From: Ylistrum balloti
Lineage: Eukaryota
Direction: 5' to 3'
Assembly (NCBI RefSeq): GCF_031769215.1
Contig: NW_026781912.1
Coordinates: forward strand, 806,001 to 870,000
DNA length: 64,000 bases
Of the stretch, positions 50,460 to 61,419 are shown piece by piece. The stretch's first letter is position 1. Every line of letters begins with the position of its first letter. A program made the translations under genes and the position numbers. The notes beneath the pieces are model-generated. The model saw only the letters and a program-made list of their open reading frames with translations, was not told where the DNA came from and searched no databases.

Positions 50460-53222
50460 GGATTTTTGTGCCGCAAAATGTATTTTAATTACATGTGAAT
50501 TTTTTGGTGTAGACGGCTAGCTGTGAGGGAGAACTCTTCAACTGCAGGAACTTCTGTTTGGTAGTGATCAATGGTGGACAAGACTGCCTACTTATGTTGG
50601 TCAGTTTGGTCAAAATAAGTCTATTACTTTTGATTTAGCAGGCCCATTTGGATGATTCTGTTGAGTCCAAAACCGTGATAGATCGAACACTGTATAATGA
50701 GGACTATTCATTAAATGGAGGTTTCATGAACTGTGAAAGTGCTCATAATGTTAGACAGTTTATTTAACAAAATTGCTCTAGAATTAGATTATTTTGTAAA
50801 TTTTGCAAGAAGGTTTTGTAAAATGTGCTGTTATGTGCATTATATGATAAAGCATTTGACGGACTATTTAAACATTTCAGGAGTACATTGTATTCAGTTT
50901 TCATCGTAAGAAAGCTTTCAAGTGGCATTCTTATCCTTTTAATTTATTTTATAAACTAATACAACATTTATATGTAATGTTTTTAAACTTTAAAAACAAA
51001 TAGATTTCAAAATAAAATGCCTTTTCAAACTAAGGTAAACAAGCTAGGGTTATGCATTTTAGTCCTAAAATCACTACAGACTCTGCAACAGGTTTCTGGA
51101 GTAACAGAGAACTTTGACCTTGCCAGTATTTGATCCTGATTTTAAGAGTTGAACAGAGGACACTAAAATCGGGAGATGGTGGATTAGCATGACCCCAGAG
51201 AAGATTGGCTTTACTGGAGCTTCCATCAAGCTGCAATGTGATTTGTACGAGTAAAAAATTCCCACTGACAACCCATAACTGGATTTTGTGGGATGTTGAT
51301 GTCTTTCGTGTGTCCAGTTTATTGGATTAGCATTGGTCCAGATGCGTTTGGCTGGTGATGGATAGCTTTATCTCATCTGTTGCAGAACTAAATTATTTCA
51401 AACTTTGTTAGCTTCATGAAAAAATATTTCACCAATTTATAACAAAACAAAAAGAAACTGATTTCTAATTTTTTTTTTTTAAATTCTTAGTGTAAAATGT
51501 ATGAGTAGTTTAATCAATTTGTTTGTTAAATCACAATTTTTGATAAACGTATGTTCTTCAGAATTGTTTTTGATCAATCTGTGTTCAGTCAACTGTATAT
51601 TAGGACCAAGCCTTCATCTCAAGGATTGGAAAATGTACAAGTTTGTTACCAAAGTAAATGTAATTAACACCCACAATCTATTTCTCTGATAAACACTTCC
51701 TGTTGCCGACTTTCTGAAGAGTTGATCTGGAATGTTATGTATATAATGTAAGATATTATCACTAATAATATGCAAATGAGTTCCTCATATCGTCCCGGTA
51801 ACAAAGCTCTGTACCATTCTCCTGAATTTTGATTACAGGTAACTTCCAATTTCAGTTTTCACAAATTTCAATATTGATAATATAGTGAATTTAAGGGAGA
51901 AAAAAAGAAATACAAGACTTACTCACAGTGCAATACCTATGTAATCCAGTGGGCAGTACAGTGAAACCTGTCAGCGATGATCACTTGATATTCTGGTACT
52001 GTTTTGAATTCAATATACTACCATATTTATCCACAAATTAGCCCCAATCTTCATTTTTGCAGAATAAGACTGGCCGCTGTGGCCAAGTGATAAAGTCATC
52101 TGACCGTCTCTATGACAAACCTTTGGTTGTTTGTGATCCAGCCTTTTTTACCTTGAGTATATTTCTCAAGATGATTTAAAACTTTTTAATCATTCCAGTA
52201 AATTTGTAGAAATATGTGTTTTTACCAGTCACTTTGGTAATATATTTGTGTGTAAAATATCTGAACTTTTAATGTTTGAAAGTTTGATAAGAAAATTAAA
52301 ATAAACATTCACAGAATTATTATCAACACAGGTACGAGTAGTACCATATTTAATGTTGTAAACTCAGCTGTCTATATAGGAAAGCTAATTTATCAACTGT
52401 ATGTTGTGGCAAAAAAACACCCTACAAGCAAACACTGATATATTGCCTGTGAAAAAAATCTTCAGTTGTGTTATCATATGGGAAAATGTTAATATCTCTC
52501 ATATGGAATGTTAAATACATATGTTCAACAGAGACAGAAATATTTGGATCACTAACTTTTTGTATTGGTAGTTATTTTGTGGGGTCTGTTTTCACATTTT
52601 ATTAAGTATGAAACAAAATTGCAAAATGTAGATACCTTGAAAATAAAATTGGAAGAGAAAATCTGGTCTGTTTTATGTATAGAAAGTTTTCCCTTTTCTT
52701 TATGTTTTTTTCTGTAAAACCGCAAGAGTTTGAACTATCAAAGAAATAGCAATTTCAATAGGAATAGTAATTGAGTGAAAATATATCAGTTTGAAATGGT
52801 TGTGAAGAAATCAACAATATGACCCTGTAATGCTTATACCCAATCACATACATGGTGATCCATCAATATTGTGACCATTTCATGGCCACATAATTTTTTA
52901 ATACCTTTATATATATTATTCAGCAGGGTATTAGTTAAACCTGCTGTGTCTATAGTTTTGTCTAAGATGAAAAATACAGGAAATATGCACGTTGTCATGA
53001 CATTATGACATCATCTTTTATGTCACCTGATTGTAGTTTTTTCAAAATGGTGTCACAAAATCAGGAGGCTGGAGAGATAGAGCAACTTGATTTTGAAAGT
53101 CATTTGCCAACAATAGTGATATGTATTATGTAAAAGAAGTGCCCATCCGACACAAAACTATCAAAGCAACAAACACAGATTGATAAAGAAATTCCAGCAG
53201 ACAAGATCTTTGGAAAGCAAAG

Positions 53223-53725
53223 GACACAAGGACTAAGGACGTCCACAGACTAGCAGGTGGAAGGCAAAAGACACCAGAACTAAGGACGTCCACGGACTAG
53301 CAGGTGGAAGGCAAAAGACACTAGAACTAAGGACGTCCACAGACTAGCAGGTGGAAGGCAAAAGACACAAGAACTAAGGACGTCCACGGTCTAGCAGGTG
53401 GAAGGCAAAAGACACAAGAACAAAGGACGACCACGGACTAGCAGGTGGAAGGCAAAAACACTAGAACTAAGGACGTCCACAGACTAGCAGGTGGAAGGCA
53501 AAAGACACAAGAACTAAGGACGTCCACAGACTAGCAGGTGGAAGGCAAAAGACACTAGAACTAAGGACGTCAACAGACTAGCAGGTGGAAGGCAAAAGAC
53601 ACTAGAACTAAGGACTTCCACAGACTAGCAGGTGGAAGGCAAAAGACACAAGAACTAAGGACGTCCACAGACTAGCAGGTGGAAGGCTAAAGATACAAGA
53701 ACTAAGGACGTCCACAGACTAGCAG
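53223..53725. repeat. Minisatellite, 47-bp unit, ~10.5 copies
   Basis: Unit GACTAGCAGGTGGAAGGCAAAAGACACAAGAACTAAGGACGTCCACA (starts 53248, 53295). Confidence 0.96.
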
Positions 53726-53929
53726 AACATTATATTGGAAACTCCAGAGATGTACAGGTGACATTGAAAATATGGGTTCTGCTAACTCAAGCTCCAGTTA
53801 TTGAAGTGTTTACAGAATGTTACGGTTTGACTTGAAGCTGTTTCCAAACAAAGTGCCAGTGTTACAACATTTGGAGGATACCGATGTTACAATGAGTGTA
53901 GTTTGCTCATTGGAAGACTGATAACATGG

Positions 53930-54520
53930 ATATCACAGATAGCATATGGTTTTGCAGATGAATCTCACTTTCATTTAAATTCACAACTTAACAAGCCGAA
54001 TTGTCATGTATAAAGAAAGGAAAAACCAGACTATTGAAAAGAGAAGCTGTTGTATGATGCCAAAGTGACAGGCACTCAGTTCGGTGTAATTAGACCATTT
54101 TTCTTTGAATCAGAAGGTGAAATGGCATCAGTAACGAGTGGACAGTATTTAAACTCGTTAAAAAGTAAATTCCTTCCTCCATTCAGAAAGCAAGGTATTG
54201 ATGTTGGTGTTTGGTTTCAGCAGAATGGAACATTGCCACACACATCAGGAGTAGTGTTAAATTGGCTTCAGGCAACATCTGGAGAAATGTTTCTTTCATA
54301 CCGGACAAATCATGTATGGCCTCCCTACTCCCAGGATCTGAACCCATTGGACTTTTTTCAGTGGGGTTATATAAGGACAGAGTGTACAACCCCAAGACTG
54401 CAAAAAGGAGAGCAGTGTGAAGAATTACGGTTGAAGTCTGCAAGGATGCAATCAATGATTTTAAGAAAAGGCTCAACATTGTCATTTTGCAGAAAAGGAT
54501 GTCAAATTGAATATATTGTG
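53930..54520 (+). mobile_element. Decayed Tc1/mariner transposase, DD41D (rosa/Visitor-type)
   Basis: FADESHFHLN (~53950), GPFFFE-like RPFFFE, WFQQNG...WPPYSQDLNPLDFFQWGY. 41 residues lie between the second catalytic position (here D->N) and the final D. Frameshifted. Confidence 0.8.
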
Positions 54521-54754
54521 TGATTTTTGAGAATATTTCCAATTACTTATGAACTCTACGAGAGTGAAGATAAAAGTATGTATTGTATTTCTGTAAAAAC
54601 TTATTTGTTAACGTGACAATTTTCATTAAACCGTTCAAAAGTGCTGTTGGTACATGAAATGGTCACAGAATTTAGGGATCGCCCAATACTATGATTACAG
54701 ATTGCAAAGATTTCATCAAATCATGAGAAAAGTCTCAGAATTGTTGACATTGAT

Positions 54755-54806
54755 CTGGTCAAATACCAGCTGCAGCCTGATCTGGTCAAATACCAGCTGC
54801 AGCCTG
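54755..54806. repeat. Short direct duplication (~27 bp x2)
   Basis: ATCTGGTCAAATACCAGCTGCAGCCTG twice. Confidence 0.85.
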
Positions 54807-56054
54807 TTTGACAGTTGACATCTTTGATGACCATAGTAAAGAGAGCAGCTATCAGATCCTGGTTGTTCAGAGACCTGATAGAAATTTCCAGTTGTTAAAG
54901 AAAATTGAGAAAATTCTTACGGTTTCACACCTGTATTTAGACAGGCCAGATTGATATATTTTGAGTGTTAATTTTGCCTTAAATGCTCTTGTATTTTCAG
55001 TGACAACAATTTTTTTTTCACTTACTGCTGGTGAACTCTAACTACATTTCAGCAACCAGTAGTTCACTAGCTATGGCAACTTTAAAATGAAGGATTCCTT
55101 CAAGTTAAAATATAAGAGTACATTGTACATGTAACCATGAAGGCCCTGTGTCACACTGTCATTATAAGATTTATCAAAGAAGTATCAAAAACATTCAAAA
55201 GAAGAAGTTGCTTTTGGATGAAATTCAAGACCAGTGGTTAACCAGTGTCAGTGTATGGAAATAGTAAATGGACAAACTATAATAAGGGAGGTAACCCTAT
55301 AAGTGGAGTCTTGATTAGAATTCTTGCGTGATGAATTTAACAGGTGTAATGTTAGTGTTCATCTTAAAGGGGCATTTAATCATTGTTAACACAGAGAGCT
55401 TATTTGGTGAAATTTGGTACATACATATTTCTAAGATCTCTTCAGACCTATTTTCCCCAATGTAAATTTTCTGTGTAACAGCTTCCTCCAAATCATTGTT
55501 ATTTCCCCAAACATTACGTTCATCATTTTTATTGTATAACTGTCACTCTACAGTACCCATTCGCATATTCCTGATATATAAAACATGAACCTAACACATT
55601 TGTTTGGCTGATTTCTCTTCAGGATAAAACCCATATAACTGGACATTAGATAAATTATTAACAGGTTTTTATTATTAGTGGCGTGATTCAGCTGTCACCA
55701 CTAGGTAACGCTACCATCAATATTTATGACATTACGATACCCGTGGTATCGGTAGAAATAATCACCTTCTGTTAACAGTCAGCTGTATTTTCCACGCATC
55801 ATCAAAACGGCTTTCATGCACCGACAACCTTTATTTTTTATCTATATAACAATCTATTACAGATTAACTACAATGTGGATAGCGTACAATACTTCCTGAA
55901 TGGTAAGGTGCTTGAGTGTATTCTGACCATATTTTTGCAGAGAATGACTACAGCTGTTGGTTGGTTGACAGGTTTTGTGTCTCCTTGACTCCTCCCGTGT
56001 CCGGATATCGTCTTACAGAGACTACAATAATTGTTTTATCAGGTGTGTTTTATA

Positions 56055-56095
56055 TGGCGATTCGATGACTACACAGTCACCTTCATCAGACAAAT
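56055..56095 (-). ncRNA. Degenerate minimal hammerhead ribozyme-like motif in a Penelope pseudo-LTR
   Basis: Minus strand CTGATGA A GGTGACT gtgt AGTCATC GAAT: CUGAUGA box, 7-bp stem II (one G-U) and GAA(A->U). Lies ~150 bp downstream of the GIY-YIG remnant. Stems I/III not resolved. Confidence 0.45.
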
Positions 56096-56244
56096 GGGGA
56101 GTGTACTAGCACTGACGTGCATAGTAGTGTACGAGATTGTATGTGCATTTCAGTAGAAAATAGTGATACGTGGTCTGTAAAAAGATCATAACAAAAAAAG
56201 TATACAAGATGGCAATAATGTATTGTAGTCGAGTCGGTTACGCT

Positions 56245-56600
56245 TTGTTTAACACTTGGTCGTAAATGTGTGAGAGTTTGTGGGCCCCCTCGTCCCTGTT
56301 TAGTTATGACCCACTGCAGCGTATCCAGATGGTTGTTTCCCTTGTCGACTATTTTGAAATTTCCCCAGTGAATGGTTGGATTTTGCCTTGTGTGGAATGA
56401 TGTGCGAGTGAGAAGTGGGACTGGGATTGCTTTCGCTCTGATCTGGGTTTTCTGCCTTCTCGGGATTCTGCATCTTTCAGATGTTCATAAAATAAGACCC
56501 AGAATCTCCTGTCCGTTTCTCCGATGCAAGATGTGTTCCATTTCTTGCATTCGATCTTATATGCGCTTTCTTCGACGTCCTTTTTAGTGTTTTATCCTAC
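56245..56600 (-). mobile_element. Penelope-like element GIY-YIG endonuclease remnant
   Basis: Minus strand AYKIECKKWNTSCIGETDRRF..EHLKDAE, then frameshifted HWGNFKIVDK and NRDEGAHKLSHIYDQVL, matching the PLE-type GIY-YIG C-terminal domain. Confidence 0.75.
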
Positions 56601-56779
56601 GGAAAGGACAGGTAGTCATCCCTTACATCAAATACCTGTCAGAAACCATTCAGACAATTTACTGTGGTCATGATATTGCAACAGCCATGAAAACTCACAA
56701 ACTCTCCGAAATATAGTCCATCTTCAGGATAAAACCCCGAAAGAGACCGTCGCGAATAATATAGCATAATCTTAATTCA

Positions 56780-57110
56780 CACTCAAATTCAATGACACAA
56801 GGATAAAGAATGAGAACTAGTAATCCGGAAGGATATGCGTCATCTGCTTCTCTGACGACTCTCCTGATGCCGGTAAATCTCGACCAATTCAAGAAAGCAA
56901 TGACATGTTCCCAAATGAAACTAAAAGCATCAAACACGTTACACAAAAATCGTGATATTGGGAACAAGTCCTCGAATACCAAATAGAGTGTCAGGTGTAA
57001 ACAGAATGCAGACAGTTCGCTATCTGAAAATGGAAAATACACAATGGGGAAATTGAAGAATCATCACGTTTATCAAACGGCGGAAAGCTGCCCCTGTTGA
57101 TTTCGTTGTT
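56780..57110 (-). mobile_element. Penelope-like element RT C-terminal remnant and 3' tail
   Basis: FDKRDD..FPIVYFPF.DS and YSRTCSQYHDF (56978-56946) match the DKRDDFNFPIVNFPFL..YSRACS.Y.DF motif of invertebrate PLEs. Tail GCAGATGACGCATATCCTTCCGG. Confidence 0.7.
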
Positions 57111-58639
57111 GGGAAAGATCGGGATAAACCGCTGATGTAGAAGAGTCTTGTCTTTATAGATATATCTCGCAAGGTCATTGTGACCTCTATCATTGTACTT
57201 TGATAGGCTAGTCGATACGCTTAGTCTCGTTTTAAAACGAAAACAAGTCGGCCAAAAGATATCAATAGGTTTTCCTCGGTATCTCAAACTCGACAAATAT
57301 CACCAATCAGAAAGTTAGGACAACATGAACCGTCCTACTGGAATAATGTGCATTGTGTATCTTGTCTAATAATTAATGTTTGTCATTCAATCGCATCCAT
57401 GTTGTCCTCAGTGATATTTGGGATAAAGCATTATCTTAATTTTAAAACTTTGTTATAAGAATGAAATGTACTGAAAGAAGTGAGCGCCTGCTTGGCACAA
57501 AACCCCTGTGTACTTTCTGGAACCCGTTCAACTCTGTTTGTAAACTTGTCCAATTCAATTTATTTAATCAATCCTTTAGGAAAAATCATCTGATATTGTA
57601 ATTGGTAATGCACGATGTATTGACACAAGGAAATCCTATCAGCTCGTTTAATTAGTCTGAGAACTTATTAAGACATCGTGGAGGTGATTTTCTTTAATTC
57701 GTGGGTCAGTGTTGTATTGTTTGATTTGTGATCTATGATATCATCTTGCCTAACATCCTACCGACAGCTTGCCTTTCAGAGAACATTTTCGATACCTTAT
57801 TGGGTTTGGTGACCCATTTCCTTCAATAACATTAGCCTTTGAATGCCATATCACTCTGAGATCTGACGGATAACGGTATCGTTAGATACAATAAGAGGCG
57901 AAGTGTCCACGGTGAAATTAAACCATGTAACTACGACGCTACCAAGGATGTGTTTTATGTCTTTAATTAACATTCAACTTACGGATAAATGTTGACACAC
58001 TCGAGATTGAGTGGTTATGAGCTTGTGAAACTAGTTTAATTCATTGTTAGTCTCGTATAATCGTATAGCTGTGATTTGGGTGTTTATGATGGCACTGTCG
58101 CCGCCCAGGGCAGCACAGCGCAAAACTTTCAACAAAGAGAAATTTCCAAATTTAGAAGAAGCTGAAATATTTGTTTGGAGAAGAAGAATAAAAGACAGAA
58201 AATGCACCACAATTCGGCCGTTAGCTCAAAATTTCCGAAGACTGGACATTAAAATCCAAGATAATTTTTCTTCGAATATGTTATAGAAATTTAATTTGAA
58301 GCCACAAGATTTAACATTTCATATTTGTTCCAAATCAACCAAGAAATAATTTGAGGGGAGATAAATAACATACATATGTTTAGATTTGTGCACTATTTGT
58401 TTTCATTCTGACATATTTAAGTTTAAACAGAAGTAATTTGGGTAGCAACTCGTGGGCCTGTGCAGCTATTGAACCATCGAAACGTTCACACAAACCGCCC
58501 CATGTAAATTTTGTATTTCGTCTTTCGTTCACAAGTCTGTATTATTACTCCACAACTACCCAATCATCAAATAAATAGTGTTTATTTTGGTACAATAGGA
58601 AACATTTTTTTGCTTTTTATCGTGAATGGGTTTTAACGA

Positions 58640-58810
58640 CGTTCTTTCTATTTACCGGACTGGGTGACAAAGTGGTGACGCCCTCGACTTTCGCATAGAC
58701 AAGCTGGGAACTGGGTTCGATTCACAGATCTGACGCAAAAAGGTATGTGATCACATGCTCAACAACGCGGATTTCAATCCGGTTACTTCTATTTCCTCTC
58801 CCGCTCGTTC
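58640..58810 (+). mobile_element. Decayed tRNA-derived SINE (similar to 4382)
   Basis: A-box-like TGACAAAGTGG, B-box GGTTCGATTC, core-like GGATTTCAATCCGGTTACTTCTATTTCCTCTCCC. Confidence 0.5.
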
Positions 58811-59739
58811 AATCATTTGTGATTATTGTAAGCTGGTAGTTATATCAGTAGATTTAACCATCAAATCAATTTGTGTATTCCTGCGTGACGTGTTTTGTGT
58901 TTTTTTCCACTAAATCGAGTGTAAGTACAGTGTAGTATTGCCAGGAAAAATAGCCCTTTAAAGGTAATATAGGTACTAAAAGCCTTAATTTTGTCATTAC
59001 TTATATCGAGGCACCGAAGTTTTCGCTTTAGCATACTTGTACTCCGAGAACGTCTAGAAAGATGTGCGCTTTGTTAGTTTGCTAGCTGGGTTTATCGCCC
59101 TTTGAATAACTTTTCAAAACGTTTATGATACCGCCACCATATTTTTTTTAAAATCTTTTTTTCTGATCATTTCTCTTGTAGTAACTGAAGATCTTACTTA
59201 TCTATACTTTGTGTTTGGATTAACATGTAAAGGGCCATTCACTCCAGTCAGGTTATACTTGGCAAATCATTTATTTTTCTTTTAAAGACAACTTTTAAAA
59301 GTAAACACGATAACTATTTGGTATGTTTCTTTAGTTTTATTACATGTATACATGTACATTTTGTACATACAAGAGTTATGTACCTTGACGGATGATAAGT
59401 GCGATCAGGAGTTAGACCTAATATGAGCGTGGACTGGCAAACAAGCAGTCATCAGTGCACAAAGCGATAAATGGCTAATGGACATTTATCTGTTAAATGA
59501 CACAAAGAAAAAATATGAACGTATTATGTACTGTTGATGAATTGATTGTACACTCTTTTCAGGGAGCACATGGCTGCATGTTGGAATATATCGATATGTA
59601 GCAATGGTTGGTGAACTCCGCTCTTTCATATTCATCGCCTTAAAAGGCATGTTCGACGATATAAGCTGAATTTCACTATCACTTGCGGAAAAGTCAGGCC
59701 ACCATCATCATCATTAACATTCCTTTGTTCTTCCTTTAC

Positions 59740-59744
59740 TCAGT
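59740..59744 (-). CDS. Unknown gene copy B, coding start of exon 3 (completes the Asn codon, then TGA)
   Basis: Acceptor TATTTTCAATTCATTTCAG matches copy A TATTTTCAATTACTTTCAG; phase 1 A|AC TGA. Confidence 0.55.
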
Positions 59745-60012
59745 CTGAAATGAATTGAAAATACACCGAATTTATTACTCAATAGCAGTTTATTTCGATT
59801 TTTAATGACTGAACTGTCCAATGAAATAGGAAACTACCAAAATAGTTTACCAAATGATTATATAGAGTATGCGTTACATTTGATTGCAGCAATACATGCC
59901 AAACCTATCATAAATACTTTTTGTCACAGCCAATTTAGTTGGACCTTAAGTTTTCATCTGAAGCTTTCTTTCCGGGTCTGCCTTAATTTAATTAGTAAAA
60001 TATTAAGCTCAC

Positions 60013-60235
60013 TGTTACTGTATCGCCGTTCGGAGTCCCTCCTCTGTTGACTGACCATCCATTGCGTGAGTCGGTCGTCTGTTGCTGTGAGTCCTTGCAC
60101 AGTCAGCTGTGGACGACTCACGGTGTTAGTGAAATGTTTGCTGTATCTGTTATCATTCACCGTCTCGGATCTCGTGCTTGTTCCTGGATCCTGGAACTGG
60201 AGGCTGAATGACGGTAGGCGAGGACCACGTGCACC
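60013..60235 (-). CDS. Unknown gene copy B, exon 2 (223 nt, same length as copy A exon 2)
   Basis: Acceptor TTATTTTCAG|GGT; GARGPRLPSF...RRDSERRYSN; donor A|GTGAGC. Confidence 0.8.
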
Positions 60236-60362
60236 CTGAAAATAATCAATATATACATGTATGGACAACGGAACCTTCTTTCTCTGACTTTCGATAATCC
60301 GAACTGGCTGTCTTAAGACTAATCAACGATTACTCAACGAGCAAAATTCAGAAACTACTTAC

Positions 60363-61286
60363 CCCTGGTCGAAGTTGCCTGTTTCGGAAATCCCTGGTCG
60401 CTACAGCATGCTTATCAATTAGTTTCTCTACTTCCGCCTCGAATTCTACAATGTTGTGGGCAATTTCTGCTGGATCTGGTGCAGCGCGCGCAACTGTCCT
60501 GGTTCCTCTTGCGGCATTTGGTCTGGCAAAGACCCGGAAGTTGAATGGAGGAGGGAAAATAGAATCGTCACTGCTTGAAGAAGACGACCTGCCGTCGTCA
60601 TCTATCTCTAATTCCGACATTTCGTTTTTTTCCAAAATGTCGTGAATCAGTGTCATTGCCTGGTACTCACCAATCCCTCGTCTGCAAGCCATCATTTGTG
60701 ATAAGTCAGACAATCTGCTGTTTGTTCTTTGCAATATGGCTTTCTTCATGTCATGACGCGAAGGTGTAGGCGTTCTCTTCCATCCACTTGATGATCTGTC
60801 ATCTCCACTTTCGTATTCACTTCCATACTCGTCATCTCGTGACACTTCTTCTTGAAGATCTTGTTTGCTTCGCTTTATCCCTCGGAAGAAATTTGATAGT
60901 CGTGATGAAAGGCTGGAAGAAAATCGACTGCTCTCCATTTTGGTTGATGTGTCACTGCTCGATACATCTTGTGTCAAATCTGGTGTTTCGTCCCGGTAGA
61001 ATGGGATATCTATTTCGCTTTCGACGGCTACGCTCTGTGATTCCGAATATTCCTCCATGTTAGTTGGGGGATACATATGTAGACTTATTACGTCATCATT
61101 CTCTGTATCTGTCATAGACAGAGCTAACTGACATTTTTCTACAACATCCCTCGTCGCTGGTGAAATGTAGTTCTCCAGATCCCTTTCTGAGTTCATAGAA
61201 CGAGAACTCTTGCTAAGGACTTCCGAAATTTTCGCGTCATCAGCACGCGACCGCGGGTCCCTGACCTTCGTGAATGTACAACCCAT
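60363..61286 (-). CDS. Unknown gene copy B, exon 1 (308 codons); 383 aa in total
   Basis: CAT at 61284-61286 shows the ORF is on the minus strand (the track label + is wrong). Donor GGG|GTAAGT. 15 substitutions and 1 one-codon indel relative to copy A exon 1. Confidence 0.85.
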
Positions 61287-61338
61287 ATTTGTCTATATTT
61301 TAAGATGAAATAGTAAATAAGTGTCCATCATATTGTAT

Positions 61339-61419
61339 CTAGGCTAGAGTTGCGCGATCCCGAAATGCATATAGAAACAATGATTCTGACGTCATAATAC
61401 TTCAAGGACTATGACGTCA
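61339..61419 (-). promoter_or_regulatory. Promoter of unknown gene copy B: conserved 31-bp block plus two CRE palindromes
   Basis: Block at 61339-61369 identical to 10063-10093. TGACGTCA at 61387-61394 and 61412-61419. Confidence 0.75.

Noticed and set aside
60348-61286. ORF track entry labelled + strand, 312 aa
   Set aside because: The protein is encoded on the minus strand (CAT at 61284-61286, TCA at 60348-60350). Its last residues VSSF are intron read-through past the GTAAGT donor.
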